A DNA stretch of 64,000 nucleotides, taken from positions 2,432,001 through 2,496,000 of the forward strand of contig OZ219790.1 in NCBI GenBank assembly GCA_964291215.2, given 5' to 3'. The notes beneath the pieces are model-generated. The model had not been told where the DNA came from. It did not search any database and worked only from the letters and a program-made list of their open reading frames with translations. Source of the stretch: Alphaproteobacteria bacterium. GTDB lineage: Bacteria; Pseudomonadota; Alphaproteobacteria; MPNO01; UBA830. Of the stretch, positions 1-11,366 are shown piece by piece. The translations under genes and the position numbers were made by a program. The first letter of the stretch is position 1. Each line of letters begins with the position of its first letter.

Positions 1-108
1 AAAAAATCCGCTGCCCCCACGACAACGGATACTACGCCGCTTCACAAAAAGCCAGCGAAAATGCGAATCATCCTGAACAAGCAAAACCGACCCTTCCAAC
101 AAACCTAG
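1..108. mobile_element. Probable terminus of an IS element running off the window start
   Basis: Non-coding A-rich stretch ending CCCTTCCAACAAACCTAG, abutting a CTAG site; family not established. Confidence 0.3.
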
Positions 109-111
109 CGT

Positions 112-401
112 GGGATCGCCGTGCCGGCGAACGGAAGCTGTTCGCGACTGTCAGCTTCGGCCCCCGCTGCGGGCCTGGTCGAATGCCTCGGCGAGCGCGG
201 TAAGTCGAGCAAGGCCAAGCTGCGCGCGCAAAGCGTCTTACGCTTTTGCAAGGCCACCCTGCCGGCCACTGTCGAAAAGCCGGTCTCGGCCGTCCACCTC
301 ATCAAGCGCAACCCGCCCGGCAACGAGGACCCGATCCAGTGGTTCCTGCTCACCACCGTCGACCACGCCGCAACCGCCGCCGAGATGATCGGATATTACC
401 T
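112..401 (+). pseudogene. IS4-family transposase internal fragment
   Basis: Translates to ...PPGNEDPIQWFLLTT...AAEMIGYYL, the typical IS4/IS50 W-x-LLT...Y segment; cut by the IS30 copy at 402. Confidence 0.7.
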
Positions 402-1579
402 CCCCACTTCCAGTCTGAAGTGCAACACCCGGCCCTCATCGCAGTGAGGGCGTAGCCCGAACGGAGATGAGGGCCGGATGTTGCACAAATTTTTCCCCTC
501 TGCCCCTCTCGATTCCGCCTGGGAACAGCTTCAGTTCCTTCAACATCGAGCTTATGCAACGCCTTTGTCGGCTTCAAGCCACTATTCCGCCGTCGCGCGG
601 CATGGACCCTGCTGCACGTTGCGGCTGCGGAACGCAGATGGTCAGGGTGGTTTCACTTCAAGATTACCTCCGTCGGCGATCCCAGGACTTTCCGAGTGTT
701 GAGCCGCACCTTCTGAACATCTTCGTTGCATGTCGCGCGAAAGTCCGCGCCCTTCGGGAAGTACTCCCGCACCAGGCCATTGGTGTGCTCATTCAAGCCG
801 CGCTCCCAAGAATGGAAAGGCGAAGAAGAAATCTGCGTCAAGTGCGACACGCCTGTGGTCTGCGAACTCCTTGCCGTTGTGATTGTGTGGACCAATAGCG
901 CACCAGAGCCGAGCAGGCGGATCATGACCGAACCAACCGTGTCTTTCTGTCCACCCAGCAAGGTGTATTTCGTGGCACGAGCGACACGACAGCTCCACTG
1001 TGAGCTTTGCCGATGATGGCTCCCAGTCGCCGATCCGTTCCTTTGCCTCCGCAGGGCGCTCGGAAATGTCCACCCGGCCGGAATGGCATCCGCCCTTCCA
1101 GTTCGGCTTCTTGCCGCGCCGCCGAAGCTTCTTCCACAAGGCACCCCCAGCTCTCCGATCTTCGGCGATCATGGATCCGTTCACGGCCTTCCAGTCGAAA
1201 ACGGCCGCTGCTCGGGGCCCTCCCGCAGCTTTTTCTGAGCCTCAACCCGAGGCGTCAACCGCCAGGAAACAGACGAGGCGGCCCTGCGTTTCTGCCATCC
1301 TTTGCGCCTGCTTGTGACGGTAACCCCGTCCCCCGGTGTTGCGCTTGATCTCCCGGAAAATTGTTGATCGGCCCAGCTGCCGAGCAATCGCACCTTGTGA
1401 AAGACCGCTTTTCTGCCTCAATCTGACATCGCTCTTCGTAGGTGACGGTAGCCTTTGGACATGAACAAGCTCCCTCCATCTTGTACAGGAACTCTCGCCG
1501 CTACCGCTCCGCAACATCATGCGTCTAAAAACACATGGCCACAGCCCATCATGTGTTGCACTTCACTATGGAACGGGGG
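402..1579 (-). mobile_element. IS30-family element, copy 1, degraded
   Basis: Imperfect 27-bp TIRs CCCCACTTCCAGTCTGAAGTGCAACAC / GTGTTGCACTTCACTATGGAACGGGGG; transposase motifs (IARQLGR..STI.REIKRN, GDWE, SWERGLNEHTNGLVREYFPKG) split over several frames. Confidence 0.92.
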
Positions 1580-1800
1580 GATCTAATCCATACCGCTTCG
1601 CACCTCTGGCGCGAGGCCCGGGTTTCGCGTCTGCTTCTATCTCACTTTGAAGCCTGGCGACCGGCCTCAAGGTTATTTTGGGCGCGCCAGCCATGTGAGT
1701 TACTGCGCTCCTCATCAACTCCGGGCGTGATCACTTCAAAAAATTTGTCGTCGCCCCTTGCCTTGACGACACGATTCCGTACAGTAGTGGCGCATCGAAT

Positions 1801-1875
1801 GCGGGCGTAGCTCAGGGGTAGAGCGCAACCTTGCCAAGGTTGAAGTCGTGAGTTCGAATCTCACCGCCCGCTCCA
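1801..1875 (+). tRNA. tRNA-Gly (GCC)
   Basis: GCGGGCG acceptor stem, anticodon loop TTGCCAA, GTTCGAATC T-loop, encoded CCA. Confidence 0.97.
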
Positions 1876-1965
1876 TCTTTCTTCCAACATTGTCATCCAC
1901 GGTTCCGCCACGCGTGAACCCGTGGTGCGCACCAAGCGGAACGGCTGATTCGGCAACCGCCGCGA

Positions 1966-2298
1966 TCACGGCGTGCGGCGATGGTCTGCCTCCTTCGGGT
2001 CCTCGCCGGTTCCGGCCGCCTTGATCTCGCTGTACAATGTCCGCGCCTCGGCGGGAGGATCGCGACGCACGCCAAGCAAGTCGATGCGGACGACGCGAAT
2101 CCGGTGGCCGGATGGAATCGTGAGCACATCCCCGACGCGCACCGCGTAATGCGCCTTCCGCACGATGTTGCCGCCAACGCGCACGCGCCCGAGAGCACAG
2201 ATCCCGGCGGCAAGGCTGCGGCTCTTGAAAAACCGCGCCCGCCACAACCACTTGTCGAGCCGGACCGCGTTCGCCGGGCGGTTGCCGTCGTTCGTCAC
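1966..2298 (-). CDS. S4-domain RNA-binding protein (Hsp15-like)
   Basis: RLDKWLWRARFFKSRSLA motif. Confidence 0.9.
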   Translation of the reverse strand: MTNDGNRPANAVRLDKWLWRARFFKSRSLAAGICALGRVRVGGNIVRKAHYAVRVGDVLTIPSGHRIRVVRIDLLGVRRDPPAEARTLYSEIKAAGTGEDPKEADHRRTP

Positions 2299-2344
2299 CG
2301 AGCGCGACCCCGTCCCGTCTGCCAGCTATCGGCCTGAAGGAAGG

Positions 2345-4825
2345 TCATGACAGGTTGAGTTCACGCAGCTTGGCAAACGGCGAATTCGCGTCGGGGCGGC
2401 GCCGGTTGCCGGCCTCCTTGCGCAGGCCCGGTCGTCCCGCCCACGCCCACATCAAGATCCCGCCCTCCTCGCGCGCGGCATAGCCCATGGCCTCGAAGAC
2501 GGGGCGCGCCTCGGCAAGCGACAGGCCGAGCAGGTTGAGTTCGGCGGCGCCGATATCGAGCGCTCCCGCCCGTGACCGGCGGCGCAGATCCACGGCGAGA
2601 CGCTCGAGCACATCGATCCTGACCGCCCGCCCGCCGAGCGTCCGATAGCCGCAAGCCTCCAGGAAATCCTCGGGAAGGTCGCCCCCGATAGGTACGGTGA
2701 CGCGGCCGGGGGGTGGCGGCTCCGCCGGCGCCCTGTCCGCGTGCAGGCTCCACAGCAGAGCCCGCCACGCGACGGCAGCCGGCTTGACCAGCGCCGGCAC
2801 GAACAGCGACTCGGCGCCGATGATGATTCCACAAGACCTGAGAGCGGCGCGGTCTGCAGACCTCAGGTCCCGAATCTCGCGACGCGCCGTGGCCCGCGGA
2901 ATCGACCCTAGGCCCTCGACCACCCGGTAGGCCAAGCCGCGAGCCACGCCCTGAAGCCCGTTCTCACGCAGATCAAGTAGCGGCCCGAGATCCGCGACAA
3001 GCCGGGCCTGCAGCCAGTCGGACAGACGCCGCCCGATTCTGTCGCGCTGGCTCGAAGTCAGATGCTCGCCGATCCGCACCCGGATCTCCGGCGAGAGAAT
3101 GTCCGGTCCCCCGGCGAGGCGCGCCACGACCGAGCCGGACCAGATAAGCTCGCCGTCCGGACGGACGACGAAGTCGGCGTCCGCGGCCCCGAGGAGCGCC
3201 CGGAGCCGCGATCCGATCTCACTTCGGAGCGCGCGGCCTGCCGCCGCCCGTAAGACGCGCCCTTCCTGGCCGACGGCGCCGGAATCGGCGAAGAAGCAGA
3301 ACCCGTCCAGGCGTCCGACGAATTCGCCCTCAACCGCAACCTCGCCGTCCTCGGCCACGACTGCCGACAGGTCGTCGCGTCGCCGCGCCCGCGTAAGCAC
3401 CGTCGTGCGCCGGTCCACGAATCGCTGCGTGAGATTCTGATGGAGCGCATCGGAGAGCCGGTCCTCGATCTCCCGGGTTCTCGCCTGCCACGGCTCGGCG
3501 TCGGCGAACCAGTCGGCACGATGGGCAATGTACGTCCATGTCCTCACATGAGCGATCCTCGCCATCAGGGCGTCGATGTTGCCGTCGACTCGGTCGAGCT
3601 GGGTTACCTGGCGCGCCACCCAGTCGACGGGAAGCTCTCCGCCACCGGCGAGATGGCCGAATATCCGGGCGAGCAGTGTCGCATGGATGTCGGCCGTAGT
3701 CTGACGAAAATCCGGGATCTGGCAGACCTCCCACAGCAGCCTGACCGTGTCGGGGCTGCGGGCGCGGTCGCGGATCCGCGGTTCGGCGGCAAGGCGCTCG
3801 AGCGCGATGCGGTCATCCGCATCGCGCATGCGCCACAGTTTCGGGCGCTCGGGCCTCACGTCGAGGGACTTGCGGAGCGCTGTCGAGGACCTGAAATCGA
3901 GATCGCCGTTGCGCCAGGAGATCCCCCGGATATGCTCGAACCGGTGGTCCTCGATGGCCGAGACGAGCGAGTCCTCGAACGGCCCGGCCTCGGCGATCGG
4001 ACCGAACGTTCCGTCATTCATGTGGCGCCCGGCGCGGCCGGCGATCTGGGCGACCTCGGCCGTTGCAAGCCTGCGGCGCACGCGCCCATCGAACTTGCGC
4101 AGCCCGGCGAAGGCGACATGGTCTATGTCCATGTTGAGCCCCATGCCGATGGCATCGGTGGCAACCAGGAAATCAACATCGCCGGACTGATAGAGCTCCA
4201 CCTGGGCGTTGCGGGTGCGCGGGCTGAGGGCACCGAGTACGACGGCAACGCCGCCGCACTGGCGACGCATCAGGTCGGCGATCTCGTAGACCTCGTTGAG
4301 CGAGAAGGCAACCACGGCGCTCCGCCGTTTCAGCTTGGTCAGCTTGCGCGGCCCGGCATAGCTCAAGCTCGACAGCCGCGGCCGCCCGGAAACGACAATT
4401 CCGGGGACCAACGCCTCGATGATCGGGCGCATGGTCTCGGCGCCGAGGAACATGGTCTCCACCGTGCCGCGGGCGTGCAGCAGGCGGTCGGTGAAGACAT
4501 GGCCGCGTTCCGGGTCCGCGCACATCTGTATCTCGTCGATCGCGAGGAACTCGACCCTGCGATCGATGGGCATCGATTCGACCGTACACAGGAAGTAGTC
4601 GGCGCGCGGCGGCAGGATCTTCTCCTCGCCGGTGACGAGCGCCGTGCGCTCGCGCCCGCGCAACGCGACAACGCGGTCGTAGTTTTCGCGCGCCAGCAGC
4701 CGCAGCGGAAAACCGATCATCCCCGAGCCGTGGCCGAGCATGCGGTCGATCGCGTAGTGCGTCTTGCCGGTATTCGTGGGCCCGAGAAGCGCGGTCAGGC
4801 GGGATCGCTGCCGAACGGAGGACAT
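2345..4825 (-). CDS. SUV3/MgpS-like ATP-dependent helicase
   Basis: GPTNTGKT Walker A, DEIQ, ATDAIGMGLN, QIAGRAGR; start taken at MSSVRQ. Confidence 0.92.
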   Translation of the reverse strand: MSSVRQRSRLTALLGPTNTGKTHYAIDRMLGHGSGMIGFPLRLLARENYDRVVALRGRERTALVTGEEKILPPRADYFLCTVESMPIDRRVEFLAIDEIQMCADPERGHVFTDRLLHARGTVETMFLGAETMRPIIEALVPGIVVSGRPRLSSLSYAGPRKLTKLKRRSAVVAFSLNEVYEIADLMRRQCGGVAVVLGALSPRTRNAQVELYQSGDVDFLVATDAIGMGLNMDIDHVAFAGLRKFDGRVRRRLATAEVAQIAGRAGRHMNDGTFGPIAEAGPFEDSLVSAIEDHRFEHIRGISWRNGDLDFRSSTALRKSLDVRPERPKLWRMRDADDRIALERLAAEPRIRDRARSPDTVRLLWEVCQIPDFRQTTADIHATLLARIFGHLAGGGELPVDWVARQVTQLDRVDGNIDALMARIAHVRTWTYIAHRADWFADAEPWQARTREIEDRLSDALHQNLTQRFVDRRTTVLTRARRRDDLSAVVAEDGEVAVEGEFVGRLDGFCFFADSGAVGQEGRVLRAAAGRALRSEIGSRLRALLGAADADFVVRPDGELIWSGSVVARLAGGPDILSPEIRVRIGEHLTSSQRDRIGRRLSDWLQARLVADLGPLLDLRENGLQGVARGLAYRVVEGLGSIPRATARREIRDLRSADRAALRSCGIIIGAESLFVPALVKPAAVAWRALLWSLHADRAPAEPPPPGRVTVPIGGDLPEDFLEACGYRTLGGRAVRIDVLERLAVDLRRRSRAGALDIGAAELNLLGLSLAEARPVFEAMGYAAREEGGILMWAWAGRPGLRKEAGNRRRPDANSPFAKLRELNLS

Positions 4826-4933
4826 GGCTTCAAGATGACGACTTGCGGAACCGCTGGCAAGGTCTTGAAACCCGGAACGAAGCGCATATATGGGAGTGAA
4901 CGCCTCAACACAGCGCACCGGAGAGTTACGCCC

Positions 4934-6811
4934 ATGGCAAGGGAAAAACTGAGTTTCGAGACCGAAGTTTCGCGGCTGCTGCACATCGTTGCCAACTCAC
5001 TCTACAGCAAGAAGGAGATCTTCCTTCGCGAACTGATTTCGAATGCCTCCGACGCCTGTGACCGGCTGCGCTACGAGGCGCTGACGAAGCCCGAACTGCT
5101 GCCCGGCGGCAGCGGCTTCGCCGTGCGGATCTCGACCGGCGGCAGGGGCCGCATGCTCGAGATTTCGGACAACGGCATCGGCATGAACCGCGACTCCCTG
5201 ATCTCCGACCTCGGCACCATCGCGCGCTCGGGCACATCGTCCTACATCGAGGCGCTCGAGGACTCGGACAAGGCCGACGTCAACGCCATCGGACAGTTCG
5301 GTGTTGGCTTCTATTCGGCGTTCATGGTCGCCGAGGAGGTCGAGGTCACAAGCCGCCGCGCCGACGAGGACCAGGCCTGGCGCTGGCTGTCGGACGGCAC
5401 CGGCGAGTTCGAGATCGAGGAAGCCGAGCGCGAGGAATGCGGCACCACCATCTGCCTGAAGCTGAAGAAGGACCAGAAGGAGTTCTTGGAGCTGGACCGC
5501 CTGCGCGACATCATCCATACCTACTCGGACCACATCGCATTGCCGATCGTCCTCGTCGACGGCGACGGCAACGAGGAAACCGTCAACCAGGCCTCGGCGC
5601 TCTGGACGCGGGCGCGCAAGGACATCTCTAAGGAACAGTACGAGGAGTTCTACCACCATGTCGGCGGAATGGGCGAGCCGTGGTTAACGCTGCACTGGAA
5701 GGCCGAGGGCGCGCTCGAATATGCGAACCTGCTCTTCGTACCCTCGATGAAGCCGTTCGACCTCTTCGATCCGAGCCGCCGCCACGGGGTTCGCCTGTTC
5801 GTCCGGCGGGTGTTCATCTCGGCCGACGCCGAAGGCCTTGTACCGACGTGGCTGCGCTTCCTGAGCGGGGTCGTCGATTCCGAGGACCTGCCGCTCAACG
5901 TCAGCCGCGAGATCCTCCAGAACAACCCGATGATCGCGCGCCTGCGCAAGGCGATCACCCGGCGCGTGCTGCGCGAGCTCGGCAAGAAGGCCGACAAGAA
6001 ACCGGACGAGTACGGGGAGTTCTGGAACAACTTCGGGGCCGTAATCAAGGAAGGCCTCTACGACGACTTCGAGAACCGCGACAGGATCCTCAAGATCGCG
6101 CGCTTCCGCTCGACCGTCGGCGGCGAAGAGCTGGTCAGCCTCGACACCTACCTGTCGCGCATGAAGGAGGGGCAGGAGGCGATCTACTACATTTCGGGAG
6201 ACGATCCCGAACAGGCGCGCAAGAGCCCGCAGCTCGAGGGGTTCGTCGCCAAGGACATCGAGGTCCTGCTCATGACCGACGCCATCGACGAGTTCTGGAT
6301 CCCGGCGCTCGGGGCCTACGAGGAGAAGCCCTTCAAGTCCGCGACCAGGGGCGGCGCCGATTTCGACAAGATCGCGGCCGCCGGGGACGCGGAGCCGGAC
6401 GAAAAGAGCGAGGACGAGGCGGACCGGGGGAACATCGACGCCCTGATCTCGATCTTCCGCCTGACCCTCGAGAACCAGGTCCAGGACGTTCGCGTCTCCG
6501 AGCGCCTGACCGACAGCGCCGTCTGCCTCGTGGCCGACGAAACCGCCCTCGACATCCGGCTCGAACGCATGCTGAGGGAAAGCGGCCAGATCGAACAGGC
6601 ATCGAAGCGCATTCTTGAGGTCAATCCCGGCCATCCGCTCGTCCAGTCGCTCGTCGCCTCGATCGGAAAGGACAGGGCCGGCAGCAAGGTCGATGACGCC
6701 GCCTGGCTGCTGCTTGATCAGGCGCGCATCGTCGAGGGCGAGAAGGTCCCGGATCCGGCCGCGTTCTCGCGGCGCATGAACCACGTGATGGCGGCCAGCC
6801 TGTCAGGCTGA
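4934..6811 (+). CDS. htpG: Molecular chaperone HtpG (Hsp90)
   Basis: SLYSKKEIFLRELISNASDA, IGQFGVGFYS, DSEDLPLNVSRE; start at MAREKLSF. Confidence 0.97.
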   Translation: MAREKLSFETEVSRLLHIVANSLYSKKEIFLRELISNASDACDRLRYEALTKPELLPGGSGFAVRISTGGRGRMLEISDNGIGMNRDSLISDLGTIARSGTSSYIEALEDSDKADVNAIGQFGVGFYSAFMVAEEVEVTSRRADEDQAWRWLSDGTGEFEIEEAEREECGTTICLKLKKDQKEFLELDRLRDIIHTYSDHIALPIVLVDGDGNEETVNQASALWTRARKDISKEQYEEFYHHVGGMGEPWLTLHWKAEGALEYANLLFVPSMKPFDLFDPSRRHGVRLFVRRVFISADAEGLVPTWLRFLSGVVDSEDLPLNVSREILQNNPMIARLRKAITRRVLRELGKKADKKPDEYGEFWNNFGAVIKEGLYDDFENRDRILKIARFRSTVGGEELVSLDTYLSRMKEGQEAIYYISGDDPEQARKSPQLEGFVAKDIEVLLMTDAIDEFWIPALGAYEEKPFKSATRGGADFDKIAAAGDAEPDEKSEDEADRGNIDALISIFRLTLENQVQDVRVSERLTDSAVCLVADETALDIRLERMLRESGQIEQASKRILEVNPGHPLVQSLVASIGKDRAGSKVDDAAWLLLDQARIVEGEKVPDPAAFSRRMNHVMAASLSG

Positions 6812-8113
6812 AGAGCCGCCGTCCGGACCGCCGGCAGCAAGCGCAGCACCCACCAGATAGAGCGATCCGCAGAGCACGATCCGGCGCCACCGCCGGGTGT
6901 GCGCCGCCAGTTCGACCGCGCTCTCGGGCGTCGGCGCCGTCTCCGCCGGGATCCCGGCGGCCCTGGCGGCGGCGGCGAGCCGGTCCGGGGCCAGCCCCTC
7001 TGCTCCTGGCGGAAGCGCGGTCGTGATCACCCGGTCGACGATGCCGACGAACGGGCGCAGGAAACTGGCGGCATCCTTGTTGGCCTGCATGGCGCAGACC
7101 AGCGACGCCGGCCGCCCTCCTTCGAGGCCGGCAATGGCCCGGGCAAGCGCCTGCCCGGCCGCGGGATTGTGCCCGCCGTCGATCCACAGTTCGCACCCGC
7201 TGGCAAGCGCCGCGAATGGCCCGCCGTAAAGGCGCTGGAAGCGCCCCGGCCAGGCCGCGGACGACAGGCCCGCCGCCGCCGCATCGCGGCCGAAGGATTC
7301 GCGCCGCCAGCGCCTGAGCGCAGCAAGCGCCGTCCCCGCATTGACGACCTGGTGCGGCCCGGCCAACGCCGGTGGTGGCAGCCGGAGGGCGCCGTGGCGA
7401 TCGCGGAAGACCATGCCGTCCGGGCACGGCGCCGCCTCCCAGGCCGCCCCGGCGGCATCGAGGGGCGACGCGGTCCGCGCTGCCTGCCGTTTGATGACGC
7501 CGAGCGCCTCCGGCTCCTGCGGCGCAACGACGCAGGGCACGCCGGGCTTGAGGATGCCCGCCTTCTCGAACGCGATGTCGGCGAGGTTCTCGCCGAGAAA
7601 ACCCGTATGATCGATGGATATCGGGGTGATCACGGTCAGCTCCGGCTTCGCCAGAACGTTGGTGGCGTCGAGGCGCCCGCCGAGCCCGGTTTCCAGCAGC
7701 AGGAGATCGGCCGGCTGGCGCGAGAACGCAAGAAAGGCTGCCGCCGTCGTGATCTCGAAGAACGTCACGGGGGCGCCGCCGTTGGCGTCCTCGCACTCCT
7801 CGAGGATGGCCGCGAGTTCGGCCTCGGCCACCGGCACCCCGTTTACGACGATGCGCTCGTGGAACCGAACCAGATGCGGCGACGTGTAGACATGCACGGA
7901 AAGGCCGGCCGCCTCGGCGACGGCGCGCATGAAGGCTATGGTCGAGCCCTTGCCGTTGGTGCCCGCGACATGGATCACCGGCGGCAACCGCGTCTCGGGA
8001 TGTCCAAGCGCAGCCAGCAGCCGTTCGATCCTGCCGAGCGACAGGTCGATGAGTTTGGGGTGAAGCGAGGTCAGCCGTTCGAGGACGGCGTCACTCGCCA
8101 GCGGGCGGCTCAC
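6803..8113 (-). CDS. folC: Folylpolyglutamate/dihydrofolate synthase
   Basis: HVAGTNGKGST, ETGLGGRLDATN, DGGHN; start uncertain (GTG 8113 or ATG 8164). Confidence 0.93.
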   Translation of the reverse strand: MSRPLASDAVLERLTSLHPKLIDLSLGRIERLLAALGHPETRLPPVIHVAGTNGKGSTIAFMRAVAEAAGLSVHVYTSPHLVRFHERIVVNGVPVAEAELAAILEECEDANGGAPVTFFEITTAAAFLAFSRQPADLLLLETGLGGRLDATNVLAKPELTVITPISIDHTGFLGENLADIAFEKAGILKPGVPCVVAPQEPEALGVIKRQAARTASPLDAAGAAWEAAPCPDGMVFRDRHGALRLPPPALAGPHQVVNAGTALAALRRWRRESFGRDAAAAGLSSAAWPGRFQRLYGGPFAALASGCELWIDGGHNPAAGQALARAIAGLEGGRPASLVCAMQANKDAASFLRPFVGIVDRVITTALPPGAEGLAPDRLAAAARAAGIPAETAPTPESAVELAAHTRRWRRIVLCGSLYLVGAALAAGGPDGGSSA

Positions 8114-8334
8114 CGTGGCCTTCGCGGCCCTGCCGAGCGTCGGCAGAAGAGCGCCCGGATCCATGTCTTCCGGCACCGGGGTCTTTCGCAGGACTTTCCC
8201 ACGCTGTGGTTGATGTATTGAATGACCGCTGAACGGGGCACAAATTTCCGCATTCTTGCCAGGTTTTCCGGCTGCGGCGACCCGTGGACGGCCCCGAGGC
8301 CAGAAAACCCGGCAGGCTGTGCAACCTCCCTCCA

Positions 8335-9228
8335 TCAGCAGTCGGCAAGATCGAATGCAGCATGGGAAAGTCCCAGGGTCTTTCGCCTCAGCAGGTCGAT
8401 GATCCGCGCCAGAACCTCGTGCAGGTCGCGTCTGGGGACAACCATGTCCAGCATGCCATGATCGAGCAGATATTCCGCGCGCTGGAATCCCTCGGGCAGC
8501 TTCTCGCGGATCGTCTCCTCGATGACGCGTGCGCCGGCAAAGCCGATGACGGCACCGGGCTCGGCGATCGCGATGTCTCCAAGCATGGCGAAGGACGCCG
8601 AGACGCCGCCGGTCGTCGGGTTCGTCAGGACGACGATATAGGGCAGCCCCGCTTCCTTGACTTCCTCGACGGCGATCGTGGTCCGGGGCATCTGCATCAG
8701 GGACAGGATTCCCTCCTGCATCCTCGCGCCCCCCGACGACGGCACCACTACCAGCGCCGCGGAGTTCCGGACCGCCAGCCGGGCGGCGGCCAGTATGCCG
8801 TCGCCCACCGCGACGCCCATGGAACCGCCCATGAACGAGAAATCGAATATCGCGGCGACCGCGTTCGAGCCTCCGATTCTGCCGTGGGCGACGACGATCG
8901 CGTCGTTGCGGCCGGTCGACGCCCGCGCGTCCCTTAGCCGCTCGGAGTAGCGCCGCCGGTCCCTGAACCGGAGGGGGTCCATGGCCGCCTCGGGCAGTTC
9001 CGCCTCGACATATTCGCGGTCGTCGAACAGCAGCTCCAAGCGTTCGGTTATCGGCATCTGCATGTGATAGCCGCAGCTTGAGCAGATGTGGAGGCCGTCC
9101 TTGAGATTGCGGTGAAACAGCATCTGTTCGCAGGACGGGCACTGGTGCCACAGGTTCTCGGGAACCTCGGACCGGTCGCCGACAAGCGAACGGATCTTCG
9201 GCCGGACATAGTTGGTGAGCCAGTTCAC
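8335..9228 (-). CDS. accD: Acetyl-CoA carboxylase carboxyltransferase beta subunit
   Basis: [11 protein letters not shown], CxxC zinc finger, [16 protein letters not shown]; GTG start overlaps the trpA stop. Confidence 0.96.
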   Translation of the reverse strand: MNWLTNYVRPKIRSLVGDRSEVPENLWHQCPSCEQMLFHRNLKDGLHICSSCGYHMQMPITERLELLFDDREYVEAELPEAAMDPLRFRDRRRYSERLRDARASTGRNDAIVVAHGRIGGSNAVAAIFDFSFMGGSMGVAVGDGILAAARLAVRNSAALVVVPSSGGARMQEGILSLMQMPRTTIAVEEVKEAGLPYIVVLTNPTTGGVSASFAMLGDIAIAEPGAVIGFAGARVIEETIREKLPEGFQRAEYLLDHGMLDMVVPRRDLHEVLARIIDLLRRKTLGLSHAAFDLADC

Positions 9229-10070
9229 GCGCCGTCTCCGCCATCGCGCGCGGCGCGGACAGCGCCCGCGAGCTCGGACACGAATCCCAGGGCCGGGGCG
9301 ACGACGCGGTCCGCGGCGCCCGACATGCCGCCATCCTCTACCGCCTGCCTGATCTTCTCGACGATGGCCGTCCCCACGACCGCCGCGTCGGTGACGCGCA
9401 CGATCTCCGCGGCCTGTTCCGGGGTCCGGATTCCAAAGCCGACCGCGATCGGAAGCCCCGACCTCGAGCGAATTCGTGCGAGTTGCTCCTTGATCTCGGC
9501 AACCTGCGCCGACTTGGTCCCCGTGATGCCGCGCACCGAGACATAGTAGATGAACCCGGAGGCGCCACGGACGAGCTCGTCCATCCGCGCCTCCGTGGAT
9601 GTGGGCGCGAACAGGCGCACGATATCGATCCCCGCCGCCCGCGCCGGTTCGGCGAGCTCGGCTTCCTCTTCCGGCGGCAGGTCGACGACGATCAGCCCGT
9701 CGACGCCGGCGTCCCTGGCCTCTTCGGCGAACTTCGCGGGGCCGCGGGCATGGATCGGGTTGTAGTAGCCCATGAGCACGATCGGCGTTTCGCCGTCCGC
9801 ATCCCGGAACCGCGACACCATCGCCAGCGTCCTGTCCATCGTCTGCCCCGCAGCCAGCGCCCGTCCGCCGGCGCGCTCGATTTCGGGGCCGTCGGCCATC
9901 GGATCGGTGAAGGGCATGCCGAGTTCGATCACGTCGGCGCCTGCGGCCGGAAGCCCGGCCAGGATGTCGGCGGACAGTTCGGGACTGGGGTCGCCGGCGG
10001 TCACGAAGGTGACGAGCCCGCCGCGGCCTGCGGCGCGGAGCGCCGCGAAACGCGCCTCGATGCGGCTCAA
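9225..10070 (-). CDS. trpA: Tryptophan synthase alpha chain
   Basis: [26 protein letters not shown]; TTG start overlaps the trpB stop. Confidence 0.96.
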   Translation of the reverse strand: MSRIEARFAALRAAGRGGLVTFVTAGDPSPELSADILAGLPAAGADVIELGMPFTDPMADGPEIERAGGRALAAGQTMDRTLAMVSRFRDADGETPIVLMGYYNPIHARGPAKFAEEARDAGVDGLIVVDLPPEEEAELAEPARAAGIDIVRLFAPTSTEARMDELVRGASGFIYYVSVRGITGTKSAQVAEIKEQLARIRSRSGLPIAVGFGIRTPEQAAEIVRVTDAAVVGTAIVEKIRQAVEDGGMSGAADRVVAPALGFVSELAGAVRAARDGGDGA

Positions 10071-11278
10071 AGCGAAATCCCCAAGGCATCGGCGACCGCG
10101 AAGACGTCCTTGTCGCCGCGGCCGCACATATTCATCACGATGAGATGGTCGTCTTGCAGGTCCGGCGCGATTTTCAGGACATGGGCCAGCGCGTGCGACG
10201 GCTCGAGCGCGGGGATGATGCCCTCCAGCCGGCTGCACAACTGGAACGCCTCCAGCGCCTCGCTGTCGGTCGCCGACACGTACTCGACGCGGCTGGCATC
10301 GTGGAGCCAGGCATGTTCCGGACCGATGCCGGGATAGTCGAGCCCGGCCGAGATGGAGTGCGCCTCCTGGATCTGGCCGTCCGCGTCCTGCAGGAGATAG
10401 GTCCGGTTGCCGTGGAGCACGCCGGGCACGCCCGCGGACAGCGACGCGGCATGGCGCCCGGTCTCCAGCCCGTCGCCGGCGGCCTCGACGCCGACGATCC
10501 GCATGCCCTCGTCGAGGAACGGGTGGAAGAGGCCCATCGCGTTGGACCCGCCGCCAATGCAGGCGACCAGCGTGTCCGGGAGACGCCCTTCCGCCTCCAT
10601 CATCTGTTGTCGGGTCTCGTCGCCGATGACCGACTGGAAATCCCTCACCATCTCCGGATAGGGATGGGGCCCGGCGACGGTGCCGATGATGTAGAACGTG
10701 TCGTCGACATGGGCGACCCAGTCGCGGAGCGCCGCGTTCATGGCGTCCTTGAGCGTTGCGGAACCGCTTTCGACCGGCACCACCTCGGCGCCCAGCAGCG
10801 TCATGCGGAACACGTTGGGCCTTTGGCGATCGATGTCGGTCGCGCCCATGTAGACCACGCAGGGCAGGCCGAACAGCGCGCACACGGTCGCCGTCGCGAC
10901 GCCGTGCTGCCCGGCCCCGGTCTCGGCAATGATGCGGGTCTTGCCCATGCGTCTGGCAAGGAGCACCTGGCCCAGCGTGTTGTTGATCTTGTGCGCACCG
11001 GTGTGGTTCAGCTCGTCGCGCTTGAAATACACCTTGGCGCCGCCGCAGTGCGCGGTGATCCGCGATGCGAAGTAGAGCGGGCTGGGCCGGCCGACATAAT
11101 GCTTCAGCAGATCCCTGAATTCGGCGCGGAAACCGGGATCCTCCCGCGCCGTCTCCCAGGCCGACTCGACACGCAGGAGCAGCGGCATCAGCGTCTCGGC
11201 GACATAGCGGCCGCCATAGATGCCGAAATGCCCGTCCGTGTCGGGGCCGGCGCGGTAGGTGTTGGGCGCGGAACTCAT
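10067..11278 (-). CDS. trpB: Tryptophan synthase beta chain
   Basis: [34 protein letters not shown]. Confidence 0.97.
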   Translation of the reverse strand: MSSAPNTYRAGPDTDGHFGIYGGRYVAETLMPLLLRVESAWETAREDPGFRAEFRDLLKHYVGRPSPLYFASRITAHCGGAKVYFKRDELNHTGAHKINNTLGQVLLARRMGKTRIIAETGAGQHGVATATVCALFGLPCVVYMGATDIDRQRPNVFRMTLLGAEVVPVESGSATLKDAMNAALRDWVAHVDDTFYIIGTVAGPHPYPEMVRDFQSVIGDETRQQMMEAEGRLPDTLVACIGGGSNAMGLFHPFLDEGMRIVGVEAAGDGLETGRHAASLSAGVPGVLHGNRTYLLQDADGQIQEAHSISAGLDYPGIGPEHAWLHDASRVEYVSATDSEALEAFQLCSRLEGIIPALEPSHALAHVLKIAPDLQDDHLIVMNMCGRGDKDVFAVADALGISL

Positions 11279-11366
11279 CGGCGCACGGCCCGTTCGCGCG
11301 GCCGTAAAACCCCGCGGCCGCGGGCAGGGACCGGATTGTTGGCCTCCGGGGCCTGGACTGACATCC

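Noticed and set aside
3440-4933. 1123-aa ORF suggesting a long N-terminal extension on HtpG
   Set aside because: The extension is the antisense shadow of the helicase gene; HtpG homology starts at 4934.
8114-10883. Long ORFs implying extended or fused folC, accD and trpA
   Set aside because: Stop-poor GC-rich alternative frames overlapping real genes; true starts lie at the overlapping stop/start junctions.
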